A DNA stretch of 61,509 bases, filler included, from an uncultured Methanosarcinales archaeon (GTDB lineage: Archaea > Nanobdellota > Nanobdellia > Woesearchaeales > CAZPJY01): NCBI GenBank assembly GCA_964587045.1. It is 5 parts of 4 records of this genome, joined end to end, with 100 filler letters (N's around TTAATTAATTAA, not from the genome) between each part and the next. Parts side by side here need not be neighbours in the genome. Positions count along the whole stretch, not along the records: positions 26,923 to 56,761 come from CAZPJY010000022.1; 4 more parts are not named here. One strand, given 5' to 3'. Positions 27,797-37,012 of the stretch are shown piece by piece. Positions within the stretch are counted from its first letter, which is position 1. The number at the start of each line of letters is the position of its first letter. Position numbers and translations under genes: made by a program. Below the pieces are notes generated by a model. That model was not told the origin of the DNA. It did no database searches and saw only the letters and a program-made list of their open reading frames with translations.

Positions 27797-28870
27797 CTAA
27801 TATTTAAACCTTTTTTTTACGAGAAGATACTGCCATTTCCGAAGCGGCTTCATGGAGCCGGTCTGCACAATCTCATGCATCTGGTCCTTGGACATCACGA
27901 GGTAAGCCTGTATGCCTAGTCTTTGGGCCACAGCATCGCGCGCCTCTGAGAGCCGCTTAAGGTGGTTCCTCTGCTGGGGGGTGTACCGCTTCCGCTCAGG
28001 CTCGGGGATGGTAACGCGTTCCCTCTTGGCCTTCTCGACAGTGTCGAAGAGCTTCTTGGCGCGCTGCTTCACTACCGGATGCACTCCCTTCATGTTCTGC
28101 CACTGCTCAAGCGTTGGAGGGTTGGTCGCTAATTCAAGGAGGCGGGAGTTCGAGAACAGGTAGTGCACAGGCCTGTTTACCGATTTTGCCATCTGATTCC
28201 TAAGTGCATAAAGCCTCTTGACTATTGCTCTCTGCCTGTCGGATAGAGCCCTTAGGCCTCGCAGGTCCCAAAAGGAGGGCTCATGGAGTGAGAGGTCGTT
28301 CTTCTCTATGTGCCTGCATTCCTCCATCATCCAGCCGAGCCGTCCCTTGGCCTTGAGCTCCTTTGCGAGCCTGTCCCGGAGAGGCACGAGGTACATAGCG
28401 TCCTTGATGGCGTAAGAGAGCATCTCGGGAGATAGAGGCCTCTTGGTCCAGTCTGTCACCTGCATCTTCTGTTCCTTCTTGACGCCGTAGAACCGCTGCA
28501 GGAGGGGGCCAAGTCCCATGTCGTCATAACCCAAGAGCAGGGCGGCCACCTGGGTGTCGAAGACGTTCCTCACCCTGCAGCCGTATTGGTGGTGTATGAT
28601 CCTCAGGTCGAAGCTGGTGTCGTGGAAGACCTTCTGGACGCCAGGATTCCTGAGCAGCCCGAGCAGCGCTTCAACCTTGCCCATGCGTAGGGCGTCGACT
28701 ATCCAGTGCTTGGTGCCTGATGAGAGCTGGAATATCGTGATGTAGGCGCCGTAGTGGTGCATGTTGTTTTCGCACTCCACGTCGACCCCGATGGCACGAA
28801 GCCTTGACCACTCCTGTGCTGCTTTCTCGAGCTCTTCATTTGTGTTGATGTAGGTAAAGTTGTGCATCAA
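27797..28870 (-). CDS. ribonuclease D-like 3'-5' exonuclease with HRDC domain
   Basis: GVDVE, KVFH...D, FDTQVAA, DWTKRPL...YAIKDA, HRDC-like C-terminus. Confidence 0.9.
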   Translation of the reverse strand: MMHNFTYINTNEELEKAAQEWSRLRAIGVDVECENNMHHYGAYITIFQLSSGTKHWIVDALRMGKVEALLGLLRNPGVQKVFHDTSFDLRIIHHQYGCRVRNVFDTQVAALLLGYDDMGLGPLLQRFYGVKKEQKMQVTDWTKRPLSPEMLSYAIKDAMYLVPLRDRLAKELKAKGRLGWMMEECRHIEKNDLSLHEPSFWDLRGLRALSDRQRAIVKRLYALRNQMAKSVNRPVHYLFSNSRLLELATNPPTLEQWQNMKGVHPVVKQRAKKLFDTVEKAKRERVTIPEPERKRYTPQQRNHLKRLSEARDAVAQRLGIQAYLVMSKDQMHEIVQTGSMKPLRKWQYLLVKKRFKY

Positions 28871-28871
28871 T

Positions 28872-29375
28872 CTACCTCGCCCTGTAGAGATTCAGGAACG
28901 CCTTGAGCTCGTTGTGTAGCTGGTGCACGTCAGTTGCGAGCTTTCCCTCGTATTCCTTGATGTGGGACTTGAAGACGAACTTGTCGAAAATAGTTCTCCA
29001 GAAGAAGTAGCTTGGCTTCTGCTCCCACCTGCCCTCCCAGTCCGTGATGAGGAAGCCTTGGAAGCCGATGTCGACAGCGCCCTTGTTCATGTTCTTCTTG
29101 ATTCCGTCCTGCTCGATCCTCACCTCTTTTGCGTCTTCGACGAGGATTTTCAGCCTGATGGTGAACTTCAAGTAGTCTGAGACGAACTTCTCCGGTTCGA
29201 TGACCAGCTCTATGTTCTTTCCGGTCTCGAGCACCTGCTCGGCGTTTCGCTTCTCCACCTTCTCGTACCCGTGCCTCTGGAACCACTCGTCTATTAGCTT
29301 ATAGAGCTCACTGATTGAGAACAGGCCGTCATATTTGAGGCTCAAGCCTTCGATTACGAAAAATCTCTCTCCCAT
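28872..29375 (-). CDS. conserved hypothetical protein (paralog of 29379-29879)
   Basis: LKYDGLF...LYK.I..WF...NKG...TDWEGRWE shared with neighbour. Confidence 0.8.
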   Translation of the reverse strand: MGERFFVIEGLSLKYDGLFSISELYKLIDEWFQRHGYEKVEKRNAEQVLETGKNIELVIEPEKFVSDYLKFTIRLKILVEDAKEVRIEQDGIKKNMNKGAVDIGFQGFLITDWEGRWEQKPSYFFWRTIFDKFVFKSHIKEYEGKLATDVHQLHNELKAFLNLYRAR

Positions 29376-29378
29376 TTT

Positions 29379-29879
29379 TCAGTAGGCGCTCCCAGCCGTA
29401 GACATCCCCAGGTACTCCTTGGTCTTGTCGTGCAGGTTGTATACCATGTAATAAAGGGTTTCAAGGTGTACGGCATTGATTTCCTTGTCATAGATATAAT
29501 TGTTAAAAAAGGTTTCTAGTTTCTTGCGCCAGGGACTCGATTCCCAAGTCCCTTCCCAGTCGGTCCTGACCAGGCCTGAGAAGGTTATGGTCATCCTGCC
29601 CTTGTTCATCTTGCGCTTCTTGCCGTTCTTCACGACGTCGATGGTGGTGAAACCCCAGAGGTGGAATTCCACGTTGATTTGGTATTGGAAGTAGCCAGTG
29701 ACCCTGCGATCTGCCATCCATGATAGCTCCTTTTCGGGCGGCTTGTCCTTGTATAGGGTCTCGTAGAAATCGAAGTCCCTTTGCTGGAACCATGCGATCA
29801 TCTTGTTGTACAGGTCGTCCCAGTCGAACATCCCCTTGTATTTGAGGATGACTGGAGGGACTTTGAACTCTTGGGTCAT
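29379..29879 (-). CDS. conserved hypothetical protein (paralog of 28872-29375)
   Basis: LKYKGMF...LYN.M..WF...NKG...TDWEGTWE. Confidence 0.8.
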   Translation of the reverse strand: MTQEFKVPPVILKYKGMFDWDDLYNKMIAWFQQRDFDFYETLYKDKPPEKELSWMADRRVTGYFQYQINVEFHLWGFTTIDVVKNGKKRKMNKGRMTITFSGLVRTDWEGTWESSPWRKKLETFFNNYIYDKEINAVHLETLYYMVYNLHDKTKEYLGMSTAGSAY

Positions 29880-29919
29880 ACAGCAAAAAAGGGAAGAAGT
29901 GTGTATAAAAATGTTTCGC

Positions 29920-30462
29920 CTACTCGTCGAGGCGGCATTTCTCGCAGAGCATCATGCCATCGACCTCTTCTAGGTCGTCTGAGGGTTCGCCGCAGCTGGC
30001 GCACTCGCCGCTCCTTCTCGAGAATATGGGCTTGTCCTGCTCCTCCTTTACCTCGAACCGCTCGACAAGTAGGTCGAAGAGCTGGGGCTCTATCTTCAGG
30101 ATGTCCTTGAGAGTCAGGAGGCCCACTATCTCGTTTCTGAACACGACTGGCAGGTGCCTGATGTTGAGGTCTCTCATCTTGATGAGTGCCTCGTAGATGT
30201 CGTCGTCAGGGGAGATGGTGTAGATACTCTCTTCCATGACGTTATCGGCCGTGGCTTTCCTCACATCCTTGCCCTTTGCTATCAGCTTTCGCACTATATC
30301 CTGCTCAGTCAGGATGCCCAGAACCTTCTTCTTCTCAGTGACCATCAAGCCGCCGACGTGCTTTGCCGCCATCTTCTTGGCGCATTCGCTGATTGGCGTG
30401 CTTGGGCTTACCACGACCGGTTTCTTGGTCATGGCGATGGAGACGGGATAGCCTGTTCTCAT
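29920..30462 (-). CDS. CBS-pair protein with C-terminal Zn finger
   Basis: GILTEQDI, IRHLPVV, GLLTLKDI; CASC...CEKC. Confidence 0.9.
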   Translation of the reverse strand: MRTGYPVSIAMTKKPVVVSPSTPISECAKKMAAKHVGGLMVTEKKKVLGILTEQDIVRKLIAKGKDVRKATADNVMEESIYTISPDDDIYEALIKMRDLNIRHLPVVFRNEIVGLLTLKDILKIEPQLFDLLVERFEVKEEQDKPIFSRRSGECASCGEPSDDLEEVDGMMLCEKCRLDE

Positions 30463-30499
30463 AGTGCGTGCAAATCTCGGGGTGTATTTAAACCTTTCC

Positions 30500-32344
30500 T
30501 CAGTAATTTATGAGTATCTCAACATCTTTGCCGTAGACTTTCTTGAGATTTTCGAAGATGGGCTGCTTGATGAAGACCTTTGAGGGTATCTCGATTTTGG
30601 CCAGGTGCTCCTCAAGCTCCTCAATGGTAGCATCCTTGATGGGACCGAGCGACCCGTCCTTCTTGATCGGTGCTCGCATTATCTTCTTTTCCTCGGCGTC
30701 CACGTCCTCAATGATGAAAGCGTCGTTGTCAAGTAGGAGGACTTCGCCGTACTTGTCTCCATGTTTGATCCTGATCTTGGTCCTCTCGAGCTCCTTTCCG
30801 CGTTTGCGCTGCATGTACTCGACCAGGTATTTGACCAGCTCCCTGGACTTCTTCTTGACGTTCTCGATCTCGGTCTTGGTGAGCTTGTCGTTTTCGTAGT
30901 CTGACTTGGCCTTCATCATCTCCTTGAGCAGCCTGGAGTACTTCTCCGGAACGATGCCGCGGTTGACGATGTGGGTTTCGAACGCCTTTTCAACATCCTT
31001 GTCGTCGATCTTGTCCACACCTTCGATCCTCAATAGGTCTCGGACGACGGTTATTGTCGTGTCGTACGATGCGAGGACGTTCTCCTTCTCCCTGAGCAGG
31101 CGTATCTCCTCGAAGAGTTTATCTATCCTTTCGAGGTACTTCTCAGCCCCATCGATCAGCTCGTCGACCTCCTTGCCGGAAAGCTCCTTTTGCTCGCCGT
31201 GTTCCAGCTTTTTCCTGATGTTGAGGTTCTTCTCGAGTATTTTGACGAAGTTGTCTTCGAGCATCTTGTGCTTCTTTACGAAGATTTCCCTCATGAGTTG
31301 AGGGGTTTCTTTGGGGGTCGGTGGCGGAACGCCGAAGAGCATGAGCGCAGCCTGGCTGGGTGTCAGGATAGCCCAGTAGGTGTCTTCCATTCCTATCTCC
31401 TTGATTTTGTACCTCACCCTTTTAAGCATCTGGTCCCCGGACCCCATAAAGAGGTCGATTGCTTCGGGTGAAGGCTTGATCTTTCCCATCTGTAGCAGCT
31501 GCTTCCAAGGCATGAAAATCCCTCGGTCATAGAAAGGAACGCCGTCCCTTAGGAAGGTGAACATGACCGGGTTGGCTTCCCTGATGTTCTCCCAGAAATC
31601 TGTGAGTATGTATACCTGTATGTTAAGCTTGTTGCGGATTCCAGTCATCTCGCCGGCTTCGATGCCCATCCCGATTATGATGGCCCTCAGCTTGTCTTTG
31701 AGCTCGGCCCGGGTCATCTTCTTGACGTCGGTGTCGTCGATCACGACGAAAACGTCGATGTCGCTCTTCTCAGTAGCCCGGCCTTGGGTGAGGGATCCTG
31801 CAAGGACATAGGCCACGATGTACTTCTCGAACTTCTTGAGAACCATCGTCTTGTGGATTTCCGCAATCTTTATGGCCTGCAGCATTCCCTTGTCGTAGAC
31901 TGGTGCGCACATGGCGATAAGCTGCAGGAGGTCGTATTTTGCGTCGTAGCAGCTTTGCCAGAGCTCTGAGATTATGACCGCATTGGATTCTATATTCTTG
32001 TCAAGGTCTTTGCCGATCTTGGATATGATCTTGGAAAGCTTCTCCTTGAGCTCCTCCTTGCTCATCTTCTGGGAGTCAGAGTCGTCAATCAAGACCAAAA
32101 TGTTGATTGCGTCCTTATTGGCCTCTTTGTCATCGGACTTTGGGGGCGGGAGGAGTGCGACGCCCATTATGTACTTGTCGAATTTCTGGACTACCTGCTT
32201 TTGGAATTCCAGGACCCGGTCCCTGATGTGCTTGAGCTTCTCTTGGGCTTCTTTTGGAAGCGACGGGTCGATTGGGATGTCCTTGACAGCGCTCGGTTTT
32301 TCTTCTTCAGAATCGTGATTGTCCTTTTTTTTGGCCATTATCAA
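30500..32344 (-). CDS. nucleotidyltransferase-domain protein (degenerate + intact Pol-beta NTase, helical HEPN-like region)
   Basis: GSLTQGRATEKSDIDVFVVIDD; N-terminal copy INILVLIDD. Confidence 0.8.
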   Translation of the reverse strand: MIMAKKKDNHDSEEEKPSAVKDIPIDPSLPKEAQEKLKHIRDRVLEFQKQVVQKFDKYIMGVALLPPPKSDDKEANKDAINILVLIDDSDSQKMSKEELKEKLSKIISKIGKDLDKNIESNAVIISELWQSCYDAKYDLLQLIAMCAPVYDKGMLQAIKIAEIHKTMVLKKFEKYIVAYVLAGSLTQGRATEKSDIDVFVVIDDTDVKKMTRAELKDKLRAIIIGMGIEAGEMTGIRNKLNIQVYILTDFWENIREANPVMFTFLRDGVPFYDRGIFMPWKQLLQMGKIKPSPEAIDLFMGSGDQMLKRVRYKIKEIGMEDTYWAILTPSQAALMLFGVPPPTPKETPQLMREIFVKKHKMLEDNFVKILEKNLNIRKKLEHGEQKELSGKEVDELIDGAEKYLERIDKLFEEIRLLREKENVLASYDTTITVVRDLLRIEGVDKIDDKDVEKAFETHIVNRGIVPEKYSRLLKEMMKAKSDYENDKLTKTEIENVKKKSRELVKYLVEYMQRKRGKELERTKIRIKHGDKYGEVLLLDNDAFIIEDVDAEEKKIMRAPIKKDGSLGPIKDATIEELEEHLAKIEIPSKVFIKQPIFENLKKVYGKDVEILINY

Positions 32345-32540
32345 TACCTCGCAAGCTCGTACCCGATTTGCGGAACACCCGCCGACTATTTAAATACTTC
32401 GATTCATTATTATCAGTAAGTGGGACATTTTAATCATGTCAGAAAGTGCTTGGAATTATCTTCTGAAAAAGCGAAATATATATATAGTTTAAACATTACT
32501 TAACTACTATATAGTGATTAATAAATCTGGTGTTTGTACT

Positions 32541-33323
32541 ATGGACCCTGCCAAAAAGAAGCTCGAGGACATCGCGAAACAGACCCCTTCTATTGACAGT
32601 TGGGCCGACCGACTGGACAACTACCTGGCAGGTTTCGACGCAGCCATGCAAGCTGGAGAGCGCAAGATGGCGACCAAATTCATCAACAGCATGGTGGACG
32701 AAATAAGGAACGGTGTGACCAGCGAGATCTACATCGGGAGGATTAAGGAAGCCTGCAAGAAGGCCCAAAAGAGGAAGGCCCCGCTGGAGATACTCAAGAT
32801 GGAGTATGACATCTACAAGAACTGGAACACCACCCACTACAAGGTCAAGGCCGCAGATGTGGCAAAAGAGATAAGCGAGCGCGTAAGGGATGACGAAGAA
32901 AGGCTAGGCTGGCGCCAGCAGGCCGTGACAGACTACCTAGAGGGTGGCTACACGACAGAAGCCATCAGCATCGCAAAAGAGGACGGAGCCCTGGACCCCC
33001 TCATCGGCCAGCTGATCAACATGGGCTACCGCAACCAAGCCAGGCACATACTCCACCACAGCATTGCCAAGGAGAAAAGAGAGCAAAACCCTGCAGGCAT
33101 TAGGAAGTACGCTTCATGGTATCTTGACGTGCTGGAGTTCGAGCTCGACTCCTCAGTCCGAAAGGAAGACCCCAACCGGTTCTTTTACTACATCGACCTA
33201 GTCGATTTCGCAAGGGAAAACGGGCTGTCTGAATATGTTGAGAAATATTACCAGACAGCCCAAGAGTTGCTTCCGGCAGTTTTCCATGTCTCCGCNNNNN
33301 NNNNNCAACATTTCAAAAAATGA
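32541..33323 (+). CDS. hypothetical helical protein (C-terminus uncertain; 10-N gap at 33296-33305, may continue to 33426)
   Basis: ORF from MDPAKK; spans a small N gap. Confidence 0.6.
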   Translation: MDPAKKKLEDIAKQTPSIDSWADRLDNYLAGFDAAMQAGERKMATKFINSMVDEIRNGVTSEIYIGRIKEACKKAQKRKAPLEILKMEYDIYKNWNTTHYKVKAADVAKEISERVRDDEERLGWRQQAVTDYLEGGYTTEAISIAKEDGALDPLIGQLINMGYRNQARHILHHSIAKEKREQNPAGIRKYASWYLDVLEFELDSSVRKEDPNRFFYYIDLVDFARENGLSEYVEKYYQTAQELLPAVFHVSXXXXQHFKK

Positions 33324-33491
33324 AAGACACATGATTGAGAAGAAGAAAATCATCCTACCTAACACCCCTGAGTTCGAAAATGCTGTTTCTGAGATAAACA
33401 ACACAGGTATCGTTCTTTCGAAGTAGCGAAAGGTATTTATATGAGTATTCCACAGGTTAAGTATTACATCATAGTAACACGGAGGTAATTC

Positions 33492-34247
33492 ATGATGGCA
33501 GAAGGAGAAGGCGGTGGACTCGACGGAATTCTGGACAAGGCAATCGACGTGCAGGCCCAATTCGACGCACAGGACCTGCAGGCCAAGCTCAATGATGCGA
33601 GGATGATCGCTCTTAAGGGCATCTTCGACAAGCAGCTTGCTGGGAATTCGGACTGGCAGGCAGCTTCAAGCGGCGGCGACTGGGGCAAGATGGTAGATAT
33701 GATCAGGGAAAACGACTACCGCGTGGCACCGCAGTACGCTAAGGAGTTCGCATTCCAGGTCGCCTATGAACTGGTCTACTCAGCGGACAAGGACCTGGCC
33801 AAGAGCTACAAGGGCGCTATGGAGACTGCGTTCAACGAAGGAGCTAACCAAGAGGAGAGGCAGAAGGCCTTCAAGAAGCTAAACATGCTAAACAGCATCT
33901 CAGATGCCCAGTTCGGCTTCAACGTCGACCAGGTCAGGAGGCAGGGCGAGCTTATCGGCTTCGACGACAGGATGTGGCAGCAAAACATCCAGCAGGTCGC
34001 GTCAAGGAAGATCCAGCTTGAGCAAAGCGCGTGGGAAGATGTAATGACTGAGGGACAAATCAAGTCGTATGTCTCAGCCATCAAGGATGATGTTAAAGGC
34101 TTCCAGTATAATGAGGCTGAGGCTCAGGGCATCGACGAGCTCAAGAGGCTGGCCATAGCTTACAGGCAGAGCCTGAGGGACGGAGACCCAATGAGGCGCG
34201 GCTTCCAGCAGGCTGCTGGCAGGTACATCAAGCCCAAGTACGGCTAA
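33492..34247 (+). CDS. hypothetical protein
   Basis: 251-aa ORF with GGAGGT upstream. Confidence 0.7.
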   Translation: MMAEGEGGGLDGILDKAIDVQAQFDAQDLQAKLNDARMIALKGIFDKQLAGNSDWQAASSGGDWGKMVDMIRENDYRVAPQYAKEFAFQVAYELVYSADKDLAKSYKGAMETAFNEGANQEERQKAFKKLNMLNSISDAQFGFNVDQVRRQGELIGFDDRMWQQNIQQVASRKIQLEQSAWEDVMTEGQIKSYVSAIKDDVKGFQYNEAEAQGIDELKRLAIAYRQSLRDGDPMRRGFQQAAGRYIKPKYG

Positions 34248-34281
34248 ACCTTTTAATATTACTTTTTTCTACTCCTTTTTC

Positions 34282-34569
34282 ATGCTTACAATACTGCTAG
34301 AAGGCATACTGAGGCTTAAGAACGAGGAATTCTCAGATACCATAAGGTCCATTATCCGTTCGGCAGGTCCGACCGGGACTGTTGAAGGCCTAGGGTACAT
34401 CAAAGCAGACATGCCCTTCGTCCCGAACCAGACTGAAAAGGAATGCGGCAAGTACATCTGCCTGGATTGCATGCGCCCAATCGAGCGCCAAGACATGGTG
34501 CTGGTCATACAGGAAGGCAGCAAGCAGACCATAAGGAATTACTACCACAAGACCTGCCCCAAATCTTAA
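34282..34569 (+). CDS. small hypothetical protein, possible Zn finger (CLDC...HKTC)
   Basis: ORF with Cys/His pattern. Confidence 0.55.
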   Translation: MLTILLEGILRLKNEEFSDTIRSIIRSAGPTGTVEGLGYIKADMPFVPNQTEKECGKYICLDCMRPIERQDMVLVIQEGSKQTIRNYYHKTCPKS

Positions 34570-34597
34570 ATATAAGAAAAAATTCGCATCGGGTAAC

Positions 34598-35083
34598 ATG
34601 AAATTACCGCAGATGGAGCAGCATCTCAGCAGCCAACTGCAGAAGATACTGGAGTCCACATTCGAGACGTACATAGGGCCAACAACCAAGATGAACCTGG
34701 GCGAAATAGTGACCGCCCAGAACGAGAAGAGGCAGTACGGCACCATAGACCTTGAGGGCAGCGTGGTTGTCGAAGGCGACATCAGGGTGGACCATATCAG
34801 GGCGCAGAAGATCGTATATGTGGCAAGGGAAGCCAAGGTCACCGGCGACATCTACGCAGGCTATGTGATAGTGATAGGCCAGGTGAAGGGCGACATCTAC
34901 GCAACCAGCGGCGTCCAGGTGTGCGCTACCGGCGACGTCGACGGGGATATACGCACCGGGAAGATCATCATGGACAACGGTTGCACCATCAACGGAATTG
35001 TCGAGACGTCAAGGCAGACAGACCTGCTGCACAAGATTCTGTCCGAGAAGGAACTCATGGCCCCGATGGTTGAAAAGAAGTAA
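34598..35083 (+). CDS. bactofilin (polymer-forming cytoskeletal) domain protein
   Basis: beta-helix repeats V.GDI...V.I.G.V.GDI.A...V.GDI.T..I.M..G..ING. Confidence 0.85.
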   Translation: MKLPQMEQHLSSQLQKILESTFETYIGPTTKMNLGEIVTAQNEKRQYGTIDLEGSVVVEGDIRVDHIRAQKIVYVAREAKVTGDIYAGYVIVIGQVKGDIYATSGVQVCATGDVDGDIRTGKIIMDNGCTINGIVETSRQTDLLHKILSEKELMAPMVEKK

Positions 35084-35087
35084 AAAA

Positions 35088-36995
35088 TTAGGTTTTCTTG
35101 GCGATCTCAGACACAAGCCTTTCTGCGAACTCTTCGAAGCCAACCGCGCCCTCGACCACGTTATCCCTGGTCCTGACAGTCACAGTCTTGTCTGCGACCT
35201 CCTTTTCGCCAACGACCAGGATGTAGTTGACCTTCTTGAGCTGAGCCTCGCGCACCTTCTTGGACACGGTCTCCGACCTGTTGTCTACGTCGGCCCGTAT
35301 GCCCTTCTCCTTGAGCTTGCCCATCACTTCTTCTGCGTAGGGTGCGAACCTGTCAGCGACTGTGATGACCCTGGCCTGTACTGGGGAAAGCCATAGCGGA
35401 AGCTTGCCTGCGTGGTGTTCGATGAGTATCCCGATGAACCTCTCGATGCTGCCCAGGATTGCCCGGTGGATCATGACAGGCCGGTGGTTCTGCGTCCCAT
35501 CCTCACCCATATAGGTCACGTCGAGAGTCTCAGGCATCGCGAAGTCTACCTGAATGGTCCCGCACTGCCAAGTCCGCTTCATGCAGTCGCTGATGTGGAA
35601 ATCGATCTTCGGCCCGTAGAAAGCCCCATCCCCCTCATTTAGTGTGTAAGGTATCTTGAGCTGCTCGAGGGCTTTCTTCAGGCTGGCCTCAGCCTTGTCC
35701 CACATCTTCAGCTCGCCCATGTAATCCTCAGGCCTCGTCGAGAGCTCCACATGCACATCCTTGAATCCGAAGGTCTTATACACCTCGAACACCATCTTGA
35801 TGGCTTTCTTGACCTCGTCGCTGAGCTGCTCTGGCAGGCAGTAGATGTGCGCGTCGTCCTGAGTAAAGCTCCTGACCCTGAAGAGGCCGTGAAGCACTCC
35901 GGCAAGCTCGTGCCTGTGCACCAGCCCGAACTCCGCAACCCGCAGGGGAAGCTCGCGGTAGGACCTAATCCTGGACTTGAACACCAGCACCCCTCCCGGG
36001 CAGTTCATGGGCTTGATTGCGTTGTCCTGTCCGTCTATCTTGGTGAAGTACATATTCTTGGCGTAGTGGTCCCAGTGCCCTGACTTCTCCCAGAGCACGC
36101 GGTTGAGAACGACAGGGGTCTTGATCTCAACATAGCCCCGCTTGTCGAGCAGGCCCCTCATGTAATCCAGCACTTCTTTGTAGATCACCATGCCGTTTGG
36201 GTGCCAGAACGGATGGCCTGGCCCCTCGTCTTGGAAGCTGAAGAGGTCGAGGTCCTTTCCAATCCTCCTGTGGTCCCTCTTCTTGGCCTCCTCTATCATG
36301 GAGAGGTACTTCTTGAGGCTTTCCTTGTCCGGGAAGGCTATGCCATAGATCCTCTGCAGCTGGTCGTTTGAAGCGTCTCCGCGCCAGTACGCCCCTGCCA
36401 CTTTGGTCAGCTTGAAGGCTTTGATCAGCCCGGTCGAGGGTAGGTGCGGCCCTCTGCACAGGTCGACGAAACCCCCCGACCTGTAGATCGAGATGTCGTC
36501 TAGGTCCTTAATCATCTCAAGCTTGTACTTGTTGCCGGCAAAAAGCTTCTTTGCGGCAGCTTTGCCAATCTCCTCCCTGACGAAGGGTTCGTCCTTCTTG
36601 GACAGCTCCTTCATCTTCTCCTCGATTTTCTTGAGGTCATCAGGGTTGAAGGGCTCATCACGGGCTATGTCGTAATAGAATCCGTCCTCGACAGCAGGCC
36701 CGATGGTGAGCCTGGATTCGGGGTAGAGCTCTGTGACAGCCGCCGCCATCAGATGGGCTGCGCTGTGCCTGAACACATCAGCGCCTTCAGGATCCTTGAA
36801 CTCGAGGAAAGTCACGGTCGCGTCGGTAGTGAGGGTCGTGGTGAGGTCGACGACCTTGCCGTTCACCTTAGCAGCGAGCACGCCTTTGGCCCCTGCCTTC
36901 TCCGCGATATCGGCAACGCGGATTCCTGCGTTGAACCGTTCCTTCTTTCCGTTCAGTTCTACCTGTATTGTTTTTGGCACGGGGCAGGAAAGCAA
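35088..36995 (-). CDS. thrS: threonine--tRNA ligase (bacterial type; TGS + editing domain)
   Basis: RHSAAHLMA, DLCRGPH, KPMNCP, RVRSFTQDDAH, GAFYGPKID, HRAILGSIERF. Confidence 0.98.
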   Translation of the reverse strand: MLSCPVPKTIQVELNGKKERFNAGIRVADIAEKAGAKGVLAAKVNGKVVDLTTTLTTDATVTFLEFKDPEGADVFRHSAAHLMAAAVTELYPESRLTIGPAVEDGFYYDIARDEPFNPDDLKKIEEKMKELSKKDEPFVREEIGKAAAKKLFAGNKYKLEMIKDLDDISIYRSGGFVDLCRGPHLPSTGLIKAFKLTKVAGAYWRGDASNDQLQRIYGIAFPDKESLKKYLSMIEEAKKRDHRRIGKDLDLFSFQDEGPGHPFWHPNGMVIYKEVLDYMRGLLDKRGYVEIKTPVVLNRVLWEKSGHWDHYAKNMYFTKIDGQDNAIKPMNCPGGVLVFKSRIRSYRELPLRVAEFGLVHRHELAGVLHGLFRVRSFTQDDAHIYCLPEQLSDEVKKAIKMVFEVYKTFGFKDVHVELSTRPEDYMGELKMWDKAEASLKKALEQLKIPYTLNEGDGAFYGPKIDFHISDCMKRTWQCGTIQVDFAMPETLDVTYMGEDGTQNHRPVMIHRAILGSIERFIGILIEHHAGKLPLWLSPVQARVITVADRFAPYAEEVMGKLKEKGIRADVDNRSETVSKKVREAQLKKVNYILVVGEKEVADKTVTVRTRDNVVEGAVGFEEFAERLVSEIAKKT

Positions 36996-37012
36996 GTCAT
37001 GATTTAAAAACT

